Below, in pieces: positions 1-14,879 of a stretch of DNA of 64,000 nucleotides. The number at the start of each line of letters is the position of its first letter. The first letter of the stretch is position 1. The stretch comes from Pecten maximus (Eukaryota): contig NC_047021.1 of NCBI RefSeq assembly GCF_902652985.1, positions 16,678,001 through 16,742,000 on the forward strand, in the 5' to 3' direction. The translations under genes and the position numbers were made by a program. The notes under the pieces were generated by a model that was not told the DNA's origin, did not search any database, and was given only the letters and a program-made list of their open reading frames with translations.

Positions 1-265
1 ATCGACATGTTTCATTTGAGCTATCTTGGTTTACACTTATCCATTAGCCAGAGAGACGCTGGACCACAAGAAAAAAGTCAAAATGAATTCATATATGAAA
101 TTTAAAAGACATTGAACATATCTTGTCTAAATATTATTAAATAAATTAAATGAAATGTTATGTATTAGTGGATTGTAATCTGTTTTTCATCCTACAACCA
201 TAACAATTCCATTGTATACAAGTGTGCCATGGATTTCCATGTTAAATTTAGTATATCATATTTAC

Positions 266-335
266 CTGAATGGCACATGGAAACACTGAGCCACTGTATG
301 TAACACCAAGCTCGAAGTAGTAAGATCCTCTTCAT
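266..335 (-). CDS. First coding (signal peptide) exon of a further paralogue of the lectin-mucin-TM family; gene continues beyond the left edge
   Basis: ATG at 335 reads MKRILLLRAWCYIQWLSVSMCHS-G, then G|GTAAAT phase-1 donor at 266/265. Closely resembles exon 1 at 13091-13166 (MDWRILLRAWCGIQFLCGTVYLSQS-G); both ATGs are preceded by GACAAC. Confidence 0.7.
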
Positions 336-2032
336 GTTGTCTGCCACGAAATGAAGGTTTTCTGACCAGGTACCGGGCGAAAAAAGTTTGTTAACAATGC
401 ATGTAATCTGGTCCATTGTTAGTACATGTGTGTTCCTACCTCATAATTATGTTAGTTGTTATGAAGACAAAAACCATTCCGTCCCACTGTCAGTGGTGGC
501 AGTTCACGTACAGTGTGGGTATATGATCAAGTTCTTAACAAATATTTATTTTTGGTTGGTCACGGTCCTGAAAAAAATATCCTATTGTATTCTGATATAT
601 AGCTATAAAAGGAGCATTTGATGTTTGTGTATTGAGTGTTCAACGAAACGAATGCAAATCATATTGCCTTTTTTTTTCTTTTGTATTGAATGTTCAATAT
701 ATATCCCTGCGGACTCGAAGTAATTTAGTAAGTATGTACATTATATATACTTTTCTTTTGGCTTTAAATTTACTCGTAAAAGGTATTGTTTTGTATATAA
801 TTCAGATCAATCGTGTATAAACGAGATGGCGTCATTATGGATAAAAGAGCGAAAATAACAGCATTACTTAGACACCCATGGCAATTAAATAGGTAATGTG
901 TCAAGTTGCATAGATTTTTTTATATTTTTTTAGGGAAAATTTGATAAATGAGAAAATAAAGTGTATGCGTACGTTATATAAGCAATTTACAAGGTTGCAC
1001 ACCATGCCATTTAAAACAAAATAGTTTACTTAATCTTGGGAAGTGCGATTTTCATACTCTTTAATGCTCTTTTCGCTAGGATCAAGAATCCATTGCCTAT
1101 TTGGCTATAGACATACATATGTATAAACTGTATATATGTTTTCAATATCGTTTATGACGTATTCTCAAAAGCATATCTTAATGTACAGCAGCACGTATCC
1201 AAAACAACACTAGATGAGAGAAAAAGAAGGCAAACATTAACATAGAGAACACTTTTTTTTATATTTTAAGACACTGACCATGTATTCTATTTATCATGCA
1301 ACATGCATCAAAAATAAGCATTTTTAAGTGAAAAAGTATCAACAATGCCCTAATATTCGCCTTTTTAATTTTATTTCACTTGGAAATAGGTCAGTCGAAT
1401 TGACGCAGATGCTTAGATTCTAAAATACAGCTGTTTTCCGGCACTGCCGTAAACAGTACACATATATTGTGTGTGTATTCTGTGATGCAGTGCCAGTTGC
1501 AGGATAAAACGTATTAATTTACTAGTATGAGTAAGGTCTTGGCAACCTGATGTTACATAAACTGAACACCTTATATAGCCATATGGCCTGATACAAACCA
1601 ATTCAATGCCGAATGAGGAATCCAATTTTTGTTTTATTCATCTCCGATTATTCGATGATGCAGTGTATTCTTGACTTATTGAGCATAAATATTCATTGGT
1701 TACTACTAGGTATGTGAAAACAAAAGACAAGTCACCAATATTAAAACAGAATTATCTACACGATAGTGTGTACCTTACTGCTTTTCATGCAAAGGCCATT
1801 ACAATAGAAAGATTTCTAGGAAAACATCATAAACATAATTAATATCGTCACCGATTCTTCTATTTGCTGCCATGCGATTGGTCATAACGCTGTAACACTA
1901 TGCTCTGTTTATCTTTTTCAGGGTCTGCAGCGTTTTACTATAGTGTACACACCGACATTATTGTGGTGTGATATCAAGTATCTAAAACACTTTGCTTTGC
2001 CTTTTATAACCGGGTGAACGACATGCATGAAA

Positions 2033-5000
2033 TCAACAAAATGTTTTCAACGCCACAAAGAGTCTCGGTAGGTCTAACAGGAAAACTCCGCCGAATGCCA
2101 CTGTCAGAAATCCTATGCCGAGGTATCCTACGTAGGCGGAGGTTGGACGAGGGTCGCTAGCACTGGTTCTCTTACGTATCGTCGACGATAAGTTCTCCTC
2201 GTTAACTTTGGTTTCCTTCTTCAGAATATCAATCTTTTTCTGTAGTTCCTCGTGGGTAATATTCACGACAGGGTTAACACAGCAATGACAGCATGGTGAG
2301 ATGCTGGAGGCAGTGGTTACGTCAGTGGTGACGCCAAAAGTTCTGTCAGTGTTGACGTCAGTATTCTGGTTTGTGGTGACGTCAGTAGTTCTTTTATTGG
2401 TGACTTCAATGTTCCGGTGAGTGTTGACATCGGTAGTCTGGTCAGGAATAGCTTCAGTTTCCAGGTTGGCGGTAGGATCAGCAGAGAGACCACCTGTGTT
2501 TTTTTTTGTAAAGCAAACAGAAATCAGTAATACTAATAATGCGAACGTATAGGAATAGGTAGAAGACTTAGTGGTAGCATGAGCAATTAATTAGACACTA
2601 CAGTTAATCATGTTGTTAAAGGCAGTTTGCCTAATTCGACTATCAAACTCGACAACAGTGATTTATATAAGGCAATAAAACTTGATACATCAACGGTGTG
2701 TAATCTTACATGGTTAGCTAAAGACTACTCTGTTTTGTATGAGTAAGCAAACATATGCATAAACAAAATTTATCAGAGTTAAGCTTTTTAGTGACGTGTG
2801 TATAATGAACGCTGACCTATATTTTACATAGCGGATGTCTACAATGAAGTAGAAGACGCTGAACCTTTCCGAATACCTGGTCCTTTTTTCTTGTTGTTGT
2901 CGAATATACATTGTCTCATTGAAAATTTATAGTGTTGGTTCGTATTTGCCATCGTTAAACAATTTTCAAAATATTGTTACAAGTCGTGTCTTGTATTTAA
3001 TGAAACATCTCTAATCGAGTGAAATAAATGCAACATTCAACAACCACTCTTTTTGCAACCCCTATTATAGTTTATATGTATATGTACCGGTTTGGTATGG
3101 CGTTGAACATAGTGCATAAGCCTCCGTTGAGCAAATACAATCATGGAATTTCCAGTTGTAGGTGAAGATTGTAATACATTCCCCATTGTCTGTGTTGGGC
3201 TGGCCGAAATCCCAAGGTATCCAGGATTGTACAATATCGGTTCCTTGCATCACAGTATCAGTCTGTGCCGACTTCTGGTATCCAACATAAAGGAAGTTCC
3301 AACTGGAAAGCAATCGCACCATGTTATAAAACAATCTTCCAATCTGTTAGTTTTATGGGATACCACTAATATATATGTATTCGTTGAACAGCAAAAATTC
3401 AACAATTCAATAACAGCACACTTTACTTATTAACATTACACAACACATTAACGAAACACGACATTCCTTGACATTAAACAACATAATAATGACACACTCC
3501 ACTCCTTAACATTCAACGACACAATAACGACATAGTTCACTTCTCACGGATAAACATAGTGAGGTAATACACACAACCTCACGGCACCCAGACAAACATA
3601 GTGACGTAATACACACAACCTCACGGTACCCAGACAAACATAGTGAGGTAATACACACAACCTCACGGCACCCAGACAAACATAGTGACGTAATACACAC
3701 AACCTCATGACACCCTGACAAACATAGTGAGGTAATACACACAACATCACGTCACCCAGACAAACAGTGACGTAATACACACAACCTCATGGCACCCAGA
3801 CAAGCATAGTGAGGTAAAACACACAACCTCACGGTACCCAGACAAACATAGTGAGGTAATACACACAACATCACGGTACCCAGACAAACATATTGACGTA
3901 ATACACACAACCTCACGGCACCCTGACAAACATAGTGAGGTAATACATACAATTTCACGGCAAACAGACAAGCATAGTGATGTAATAGGCACAACCTCAC
4001 GGCACCCAGACAAACATAGTGAGGTAATACACACAACATCACGACACCCAAACAAATATAGTGAGGTAATACACACAACTTCACGGCACCCAGACAAACA
4101 TAGTGAGGTAATACACAAAACTTCACGGTACCCAGACAAATATTTAAGCATTGAACTGCTTTCATTTGGAAGTTATGGGCTGATGAATGCCAACTTGACA
4201 AAGGCAATTTTAATGAAGCGCGCTAGTGCTTCATGTTGAATTTGCCTTTGTCCAGTTGACATTCATCAGCCCATAACTTCCAAATGAAAGCAGTTTAATG
4301 CTTATATTTACATTTGACGACTATCTTTAAAGACTTTATCCAGGGATTTTGCTCCTACTATGAATGAACAAATTATTATCGTCAAAGACGGAACAGCCTT
4401 TTCAAAAACAATCTTTCGTTATCGCCGACGTGACAATTATGACGTTACTATAATAATGACGTCATAATAAAGATTTGGAAGTTATGGACTCGTAACCTTC
4501 AAGCAAGCTTGGTAAGGTTATGCAGTGGGGCTGCAGTGTAAATGTAAATATAGTGTGGTAATACACACAACCTCACGTCACCCAAACAAATATAGTGACG
4601 TAATACACACAACATCACGGCACCCAGACAAACATAGTGAGGTAATACACACAACCTCACGGCACCCAGACAAACATAGTGACGTAATACACACAACATC
4701 ACGGTACCCTGACAAACATGGTGAGGTAAAACACACAACCTCACGGTACCCAGACAACCATAGTGACGTAATACACACAACTTCACGGCACCCAGACAAA
4801 CATAATGAGGTAATACACACAATTTCACGGCAAACAGACAAGCATAGTGATGTAATAGGCACAACCTCACGGCACCCTGACAAACATAGTGACGTAATAC
4901 ACACAACCTCACGGCACCCAGACAAACATAATGAGGTAATACACACAACCTCACGGCACCCTGACAAACATAGTTAGGTAATACACACAACATCACGACA

Positions 5001-8000
5001 CCCAAACAAATATAGTGAGGTAATACACACAACTTCACGGCACCCAGACAAACATAGTGAGGTAATACACACAAATTCACGGTACCCAGACAAACATAGT
5101 GACGTAATACACACAACCTCACGGCACCCTGACAAACATAGTGACGTAATACACACAACCTCACGGTACCCAGACAAACATAGTGAGGTAATACACACAA
5201 CCTCACGGCACCCAGACAAACATAGTGACGTAATACACACAACCTCATGACACCCTGACAAACATAGTGAGGTAATACACACAACATCACGTCACCCAGA
5301 CAAACATAGTGACGTAATATACACAACCTCATGGCACCCAGACAAGCATAGTGAGGTAAAACACACAACCTCACGGTACCCAGACAAACATAGTGAGGTA
5401 ATACACACAACCTCACGGTACCCAGACAAACATATTGACGTAATACACACAACCTCACGGCACCCTGACAAACATAGTGAGGTAATACACACAACTTCAT
5501 GGCACCCTGACAAACATAGTGAGGTAATACACACAATTTCACGGCACCCAGACAAGCATAGTGATGTAATACGCACAACCTCACGGCACCCAGACAAACA
5601 TAGTGAGGTAATACACACAACATCACGTCACCCAGACAAACATAGTGAGGTAATACACACAACCTCACGGCACCCTGACAAACATAGTGAGGTAATACAC
5701 ACAACCTCACGGCACCCAGGCAAACATAGTGACGTAATACACACAACCTCATGGCACCCAGACAAACATAGTGAGGTAATACACACAACCTCACGGTACC
5801 CAGACAAACATAGTGATGTAATACGCACAACCTCACGGTACCCAGACAAGCATAGTGAGGTAATACACACAACCTCACGGCACCCAGACAAACATAGTGA
5901 GGTAATACACACAACCTCACGGCACCCAGACAAACAGAGTGAGGTAATACACACAACCACATGGCACCCAGGTAAACATAGTGACGTAATACACACAACC
6001 TCACGGCATCCTGACAACCATAGTGACGTAATACACACAACTTCACGGCACCCAGACAAACATAATGAGGTAATACATACAATTTCACGGCAAACAGACA
6101 AGCATAGTGATGTAATAGGCACAACCTCACGGCACCCAGACAAACATAGTGAGGTAATACACACAACATCACGACACCCAAACAAATATAGTGAGGTAAT
6201 ACACACAACTTCACGGCACCCAGACAAACATAGTGAGGTAATACACAAAACTTCACGGTACCCAGACAAATATTTAAGCATTGAACTGCTTTCATTTGGA
6301 AGTTATGGGCTGATGAATGCCAACTTGACAAAGGCAATTTTAATGAAGCGCGCTAGTGCTTCATGTTGAATTTGCCTTTGTCCAGTTGACATTCATCAGC
6401 CCATAACTTCCAAATGAAAGCAGTTTAATGCTTATATTTACATTTGACGACTATCTTTAAAGACTTTATCCAGGGATTTTGCTCCTACTATGAATGAACA
6501 AATTATTATCGTCAAAGACGGAACAGCCTTTTCAAAAACCATCTTTCGTTATCGCCGACGTGACAATTATGACGTTACTATAATAATGACGTCATAATAA
6601 AGATTTGGAAGTTATGGACTCGTAACCTTCAAGCAAGCTTGGTAAGGTTATGCAGTGGGGCTGCAGTGTAAATGTAAATATAGTGTGGTAATACACACAA
6701 CCTCACGTCACCCAAACAAATATAGTGACGTAATACACACAACATCACGGCACCCAGACAAACATAGTGAGGTAATACACACAACCTCACGGCACCCAGA
6801 CAAACATAGTGACGTAATACACACAACATCACGGTACCCTGACAAACATGGTGAGGTAAAACACACAACCTCACGGTACCCAGACAACCATAGTGACGTA
6901 ATACACACAACTTCACGGCACCCAGACAAACATAATGAGGTAATACACACAATTTCACGGCAAACAGACAAGCATAGTGATGTAATAGGCACAACCTCAC
7001 GGCACCCTGACAAACATAGTGACGTAATACACACAACCTCACGGCACCCAGACAAACATAATGAGGTAATACACACAACCTCACGGCACCCTGACAAACA
7101 TAGTTAGGTAATACACACAACATCACGACACCCAAACAAATATAGTGAGGTAATACACACAACTTCACGGCACCCAGACAAACATAGTGAGGTAATACAC
7201 ACAAATTCACGGTACCCAGACAAACATAGTGACGTAATACACACAACCTCACGGCACCCTGACAAACATATTGACGTAATACACACAACCTCACGGCACC
7301 CTGACAAACATAGTTAGGTAATGCACACAACCTCACGGTACACATACAAACATAGCTAGGTAATGCACACAACCTCGCGGCACCTTGACAAACATAGTGA
7401 CGTAATACACACAACCTCATGGCACCCAGACAAACATAGTTAGGTAATGCACACAACCTCACGGTACACATACAAACATAGTTAGGTAATGCACATAACC
7501 TCGCGGCACCTTGACAAACATAGTGACGTAATACACACAACCTCACGGTACCCAGACAAACATAGTGAGGTAATACACACAACCTCACGGTACCCAGACA
7601 AACATAGTGACGTAATACACACAACCTCACGACACCCTGACAAACATGGTGAGGTAATACACACAACCTCACGGCACCCTGACAAACATAGTGAGGTAAT
7701 ACACACAACCTCACGGCACCCAGACAAACATAGTTAGGTAATACACACAACCTCACGGTACCCAGACAAACATAGTGAGGTAATAAACACAACCTCACGG
7801 TACCCTGACAAACATAGTGAGGTAATACACTCAACCTCACGACACCCAGACAAACATAGTGTGGTAATACACACAACCTCACGGCACCCAGACAAACATA
7901 GTTAGGTAATACACACAACCTCACGGCACCCAGGCAAACATAGTGAGGTAATACACACAACCTCCCGGTACCCAGACAAATATAGTGAGGTAATACACAC

Positions 8001-11000
8001 AACCTCACGGCACCCAGACAAATATAGTGAGGTAATACACACAACCTCACGGTACCCAGGCAAACATAGTGACGTAATACACACAACCTCACGACACCCT
8101 GACAAACATGGTGAGGTAATACACACAACCTCACGGCACCCTGACAAACATAGTGAGGTAATACACACAACCTCACGGCACCCTGACAAACATAGTGACG
8201 TAATACACACAACCTCACGGCACCCAGACAAACATAATGAGGTAATACACACAACCTCACGGCACCCTGACAAACATAGTTAGGTAATACACACAACATC
8301 ACGACACCCAAACAAATATAGTGAGGTAATACACACAACTTCACGGCACCCAGACAAACATAGTGAGGTAATACACACAAATTCACGGTACCCAGACAAA
8401 CATAGTGACGTAATACACACAACCTCACGGCACCCTGACAAACATATTGACGTAATACACACAACCTCACGGCACCCTGACAAACATAGTTAGGTAATGC
8501 ACACAACCTCACGGTACACATACAAACATAGCTAGGTAATGCACACAACCTCGCGGCACCTTGACAAACATAGTGACGTAATACACACAACCTCATGGCA
8601 CCCAGACAAACATAGTTAGGTAATGCACACAACCTCACGGTACACATACAAACATAGTTAGGTAATGCACATAACCTCGCGGCACCTTGACAAACATAGT
8701 GACGTAATACACACAACCTCACGGTACCCAGACAAACATAGTGAGGTAATACACACAACCTCACGGTACCCAGACAAACATAGTGACGTAATACACACAA
8801 CCTCACGACACCCTGACAAACATGGTGAGGTAATACACACAACCTCACGGCACCCTGACAAACATAGTGAGGTAATACACACAACCTCACGGCACCCAGA
8901 CAAACATAGTTAGGTAATACACACAACCTCACGGTACCCAGACAAACATAGTGAGGTAATAAACACAACCTCACGGTACCCTGACAAACATAGTGAGGTA
9001 ATACACTCAACCTCACGACACCCAGACAAACATAGTGTGGTAATACACACAACCTCACGGCACCCAGACAAACATAGTTAGGTAATACACACAACCTCAC
9101 GGCACCCAGGCAAACATAGTGAGGTAATACACACAACCTCCCGGTACCCAGACAAATATAGTGAGGTAATACACACAACCTCACGGCACCCAGACAAATA
9201 TAGTGAGGTAATACACACAACCTCACGGTACCCAGGCAAACATAGTGACGTAATACACACAACCTCACGACACCCTGACAAACATGGTGAGGTAATACAC
9301 ACAACCTCACGGCACCCTGACAAACATAGTGAGGTAATACACACAACCTCACGACACCCTGACAAACATGGTGAGGTAATACACACAACCTCACGACACC
9401 CAGACAAACATGGTGAGGTAATACACACAACCTCACGGCACCCTGACAAACATAGTGAGGTAATACACACAACCTCACGGCACCCAGACAAACATGGTGA
9501 GGTAATACACACAACCTCACGGTACCCAGGCAAACATGGTTAGGTAATACACACAACCTCACGGTACCCAGACCAACTTCACGACACCCACACAAACATA
9601 GTGAGGTAATACACACAACCTCACGGCACCCAGACAAACATAGTGAGGTAATACACACAACCTCACGGCACCCAGACAAACATAGTGACGTAATACACGC
9701 AACCTCACGGTACCCAGACAAACATAGTGAGGTAATACACACAACCTCACGGTCACCCAGACAAACATAGTGAGGTAATACACACAACCTCACGGCACCC
9801 AGACAAACATAGTGAGGTACACATGTAATACACACAACCTCACGGTACCCAGACAAACATAGTGACGTAATACACCCAACCTCACGGTACCCAGACAAAC
9901 ATGGTGAGGTAAAACACACAACCTCACGGTACCAAGACAAACATGGTGAGGTAATACACACAACATCACGGCACCCAGACAAACAGAGTGAGGTAATACA
10001 CACAACCACATGGCACCCAGGTAAACATAGTGACGTAATACACACAACCTCACGGCATCTTGACAACCATAGTGACGTAATACACACAACTTCACGGCAC
10101 CCAGACAAACATAATGAGGTAATACATACAATTTCACGGCAAACAGACAAGCATAGTGATGTAATAGGCACAACCTCACGGTACCCAGACAAACATAGTG
10201 AGGTAATACACACAACCTCACGGCACCCTGACAAACATAGTGTGGTAATACACACAACATCACGACACCCAAACAAATATAGTGAGGTAATACACACAAC
10301 TTCACGGCACCCAGACAAACATAGTGAGGTAATACACAAAACTTCACGGTACCCAGACAAATATTTAAGCATTGAACTTTTTTCATTTGGAAGTGATGGG
10401 CTGATGAATGCCAACTTGACAAAGGCAATTTTAATGAAGCGCGCTAGTGCTTCATGTTGAATTTGCCTTTGTCCAGTTGACATTCATCAGCCCATAACTT
10501 CCAAATGAAAGCAGTTTAATGCTTATATTTACATTTGACGACTATCTTTAAAGACTTTATCCAGGGATTTTGCTCCTACTATGAATGAACAAATTATTAT
10601 CGTCAAAGACGGAACAGCCTTTTCAAAAACCATCTTTCGTTATCGCCGACGTGACAATTATGACGTTACTATAATAATGACGTCATAATAAAGATTTGGA
10701 AGTTATGGACTCGTAACCTTCAAGCAAGCTTGGTAAGGTTATGCAGTGGGGCTGCAGTGTAAATGTAAATATAGTGTGGTAATACACACAACCTCACGTC
10801 ACCCAAACAAATATAGTGACGTAATACACACAACATCACGGCACCCTGACAAACATAGTGAGGTAAAACACACAACCTCACGGTACCCAGACAACCATAG
10901 TGACGTAATACACACAACTTCACGGCACCCAGACAAACATAATGAGGTAATACACACAATTTCACGGCAAACAGACAAGCATAGTGATGTAATAGGCACA

Positions 11001-13166
11001 ACCTCACGGCACACAGACAAACATAGTGAGGTAATACACACAACCTCACGGCACCCTGACAAACATAGTGTGGTAATACACACAACATCACGACACCCAG
11101 GCAAACATAGTGAGGTAATACACACAACCTCACGGCACCCAGACAAACATAGTGAGGTAAAACACACAACCTCACGGTACCCAGACAACCATAGTGAGGT
11201 AATACACACAACCTCACGGCATCCAGACAAACATAGTGAGGTAATACACACAACCTCACGGCACCCAGACAAAGATAGTGAGGTAATACACAGAACCTCA
11301 CAACACCCAAACAAATATAGTGAGGTAATACACACAACTTCACGGCACCCAGACAAACATAGTGAGGTAATACACACAAATTCACGGTACCCAGACAAAC
11401 ATAGTGACGTAATACACACAACCTCACGGCACCCTGACAAACATATTGACGTAATACACACAACCTCACGGCACCCTGACAAACATAGTTAGGTAATGCA
11501 CACAACCTCACGGTACACATACAAACATAGCTAGGTAATGCACACAACCTCGCGGCACCTTGACAAACATAGTGACGTAATACACACAACCTCACGGCAC
11601 CCAGACAAACATAGTGACGTAATACACACAACCTCACGGCACCCAGACAAACATAGTTAGGTAATGCACACAACCTCACGGTACACATACAAACATAGTT
11701 AGGTAATGCACACAACCTCGCGGCACCCTGACAAACATAGTGACGTAATACACACTACCTCACGGCATCCTGACAAACATGGTGAGGTAAGGTATCATTT
11801 GATTTTTTTCACAAATCGTTTGATTGTGTTGTCAACCTCGTGCATTTCGCAAAGGGTATATCCAAATTCCAACAATTAAGTGAACTGAGGATGAACTTTC
11901 AAACATAAATAACCATTCATGCTTATATAGCAAAATAATCACAAATACGTCTATGTTAGGACATTTTAAACTTAAATCTAACCGAATTCTACGTATGTTT
12001 GGGTTCTTAAGGATATATTACAAATGTAAGCACTAGTGTTTAAAGTGTTATACAGAATGTAAACCTGCGAACCAATAATATTGTACGATAACAGGTGAAA
12101 TCATAGCTTAGTACCACTGTTAGTAGGGACAAAACAATTTCAATACACTCTCGAACTTAACATGTAAATATTTTATATCGGTTACTTTGATTAAAAGATA
12201 TGAGTGACCTATCATGTCAGGGTTTTTTTTGTTTAATTATTATTTCAACATGAGGTACTTGTATCATAAATCTAAACTTGAACCTCTATATTCCGTAAAT
12301 AGCGGGGAATTGTTGTAATTACACCAGGTAAATACTTAATGAACCAATTGATATTATGAGATTAAACGAATATGTATCATCACATAAAACTTACTATCCA
12401 GGAAGTTGTTGTCTTATGAATGCTGAGATGTTCGAAATGGCCTCTTCCTTTGGGAAATACGCAAGTGTACCATCACTTTCCTGGCACGCGTCTTCACTCG
12501 ATGAGGCGTCTTGCCGTCTATCTATAACCCAGTAGCAGATTTGGGTTTCGCTAACGTCGGTTAAACATTCACACAGGGGAATAACCGCTATAAAATAATT
12601 AGAAATACAACATGATGACACATTTAAAACTGTTAAATTTCAGTCCACTATTCATTTGTCTATTTTAAAACTGGTTTCATAATTTTTCTTTATTTTACTG
12701 AATTAATTCATAGTTGTGTAAAAAAAGTCACACTTTCCAGTTTGGGATCACTTGGCATTTGTCTTGTAAGCTTGATCGTTTTCCACATGAACGTTTGTCA
12801 AATTCATACTAGTCCATTTTGTCATTTTAGGTATTGTTTTCAATTTGGCTGGAATCTATCATTTACTGGTAGTTTTAATCCACTGTCAGAAAAAAGAGTA
12901 AAATTAATAGGATTGTCATGAAATGTCGTTTTGAAGATGGCTATACAAATGATAAACGCACACTTAGAACGGTGAACCTTCTGTGAAAATAATTGGTAAT
13001 CAATCTGATATATTGTTCCATTTGTTTTACTAGAAATGAATTATTGTAATAGACAGACTATATATACAATATAAAACAAGGTGCGTTTACCTGACTGAGA
13101 CAGATACACGGTACCACAGAGGAATTGTATACCACACCATGCCCGAAGCAGTATCCTCCAGTCCAT
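2033..13166 (-). CDS. Gene A: type I membrane C-type lectin with short Thr-rich stalk and conserved juxtamembrane module (~314 aa, 4 exons)
   Basis: Exons 13166-13091 (signal peptide), 12587-12395 (CTLD N-half, ICYW..AC..DGTLA), 3302-3088 (CTLD C-half, LYVGY, WDFGQPN, ECI..FHDCIC..ALC), 2493-2033 (stalk, CCHCC, helix, LSSTIRKRTSASDPRP, TM). All introns GT-AG, phases 1,2,1; 945 nt open frame. Confidence 0.85.
4142..4551. mobile_element. ~408-bp fold-back/MITE-like insert, copy 1
   Basis: Interrupts the 42-bp unit at AAATAT. First ~165 bp is an imperfect palindrome centred on GCGCTAGTGC. The remainder is bounded by TATATTTACATTT...AAATGTAAATATA. Confidence 0.7.
6272..6681. mobile_element. ~408-bp fold-back insert, copy 2
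   Basis: Near-identical to copy 1 at offset 2130, with the same flanking repeat variants. Confidence 0.7.
10363..10772. mobile_element. ~408-bp fold-back insert, copy 3
   Basis: Near-identical to copy 1 at offset 6221, with a few substitutions in the left arm. Confidence 0.7.
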
Positions 13167-13827
13167 GTTGTCTCGTGTGAGATGGTTTTCCTCACTAGGT
13201 AACGGGTGTAGCCCTGTCAACAACTACTAACTGACCCGTAATGACTTTTCTCCGTTACCTCTGATGTATTTGTTATCAAAATCCAACATATGGTACACGA
13301 ATTGCGATATTGTTATAAAGGTATTGTGCTTTTTAATAGGTTCATAACAAAGAGAACGTTATCGCTAAGCAAGAACTGATTATAAGGTGGCGTGTAGCAC
13401 GCCACCTAGCGTACACAGATAGCTAAGGTTATCTCCCTTGACTACACTCATCATTCTGAAAAAAGGCATCAAGTGTTTGAGTTCATATTTGATGAGTTTT
13501 CAATGAGACCCATTCAACCGCCCTGCTGAAAATAGTTCATTTGTGTTGATGAATGGTTTATTAAGTGCATTAAGTATAATGGGTATACAATTGTATTTTT
13601 GATTACTTTTAAACAGTATGAAGTGATCTTACTATTTTTTTTCTGAAACTTGTTTTCAATCAAACATTTTTTTAAATTTGTATTATTTGATAAAAAAAGA
13701 ATTTCCTTTTGATGAACATGGACGTTATGAGTATGTCTGTTAGATAGTCAAAATTTCTAAGCAATGCGGGTCTTAAATAAAACTGCATTTTATTCTTTAT
13801 AAGAAAAAAATGTCAAAATAGACACAT

Positions 13828-14215
13828 TGATTTGGTTTGGTTTATTTTGTTTAACGTCCTATTAACAGCTAAGTTTCATTTAAGGACGGCCTCCCGTGCG
13901 TGCGACATGCATGCGTGTGTGTTTTGGAAGGCTGTGGTATGTTCGTGTTAAGACTCCTTGTGATAGGCCGGAACTTTTGCCGATTTATAGTGCTACCTCA
14001 CTGAAGCGTACTGCGGAAGACACCCAGCATCACACCCCACCTGGTTACATTATACTGACTACAGGCGAACCGGTCGTCCGACTCCTAATATGCTGAGCGC
14101 TAAGCAAGGAGCAGTAACTACCATTTTTAAAGACTCTGGTATGTCTCGGCTAGGGGACAGAACCCAAAGCCTTCCTCACAGGGGCGAACGCTCAACTAAA
14201 GGCCAAAAAGAGGCA
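13828..14215 (-). mobile_element. tRNA-derived SINE (bivalve Meta-SINE-like)
   Basis: Minus-strand 3' tail CCTTAAATGA..AGCTGTTAATAGGACGTTAAACAAAATAAACCAAACCAAA, shared with the SINE at 61.1-61.3 kb. Core CACCCCACC..CATTATACTGAC..ATGCTGAGCGCTAAGC and a degenerate tRNA-like head. Confidence 0.6.
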
Positions 14216-14403
14216 TTGTCAAGGGAGACATTAGGAAGAAGAAAGTTGTTCAGAAAGAAGAGAAAAGATAAGATCCCAAATTTAGTCGCCACTTACGATC
14301 ATGCAATGGGGGCAGCAGGTACAATTCTTACGCCCTACCTGCAGGGCAGCGACACATTGATAACAACTAGGATTCGATAACAAGTAATGAGTGATTTTCT
14401 GAA

Positions 14404-14665
14404 CTCATCACCCTATCTTTAGGACATCATTCATTACCCTATCTTTAGGACATCATTCATTACCTTATCTTTAGGACATCATTCATCACCCTATCATTAG
14501 GACATCATTCATTACCTTATCTTTAGGACATCATTCATTACCCTATCATTTGGACATCATTCATCACCTTATCTTTAGGACAGCATTCATTACCCTATCA
14601 TTTGGACATCATTCGTCACCTTATCTTTAGGACAGCATTCATCACCCTATCATTAGGACAGCATT
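14404..14665. repeat. 26-bp minisatellite (~10 units)
   Basis: Unit TCATCACCCTATCTTTAGGACATCAT. Confidence 0.9.
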
Positions 14666-14879
14666 ACTACTTACATGTACTTTAGGATGATATAGTATTA
14701 AACACAGCAGAAGAAGGAGAGGAACTCACGGACGGAAGTAGACGGGAGGGGTCACAAAGAATTGAGGGGGAAACTTATGAGGACAAAGGAGTAACAGGAA
14801 AAACTGCATACATGGAATTAAAACCGGATTAGAATATTATTGGTGGTATAACAAGGCTTAAAACATTTACAAGGTTAAA

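Larger units (their letters stand above)
3551..11790. repeat. 42-bp minisatellite array (~165-170 units) in intron 2 of gene A, with higher-order duplications
   Basis: Unit CACCCAGACAAACATAGTGAGGTAATACACACAACCTCACGG. Higher-order periods of 2130 bp (41 units + 408-bp insert) and 1176 bp (28 units), visible as identical ORFs at those offsets. Confidence 0.97.

Noticed and set aside
4175-4230. CTGATGA as a hammerhead ribozyme core
   Set aside because: No stem II followed by GAAA in the right position; the motif is part of the palindrome arm.
3506-11715. Long Cys/Val-rich and His/Thr-rich ORFs (up to 1284 aa)
   Set aside because: They are translations of a 42-bp (14-codon) satellite open in several frames on both strands, inside an intron; indels switch frames arbitrarily.
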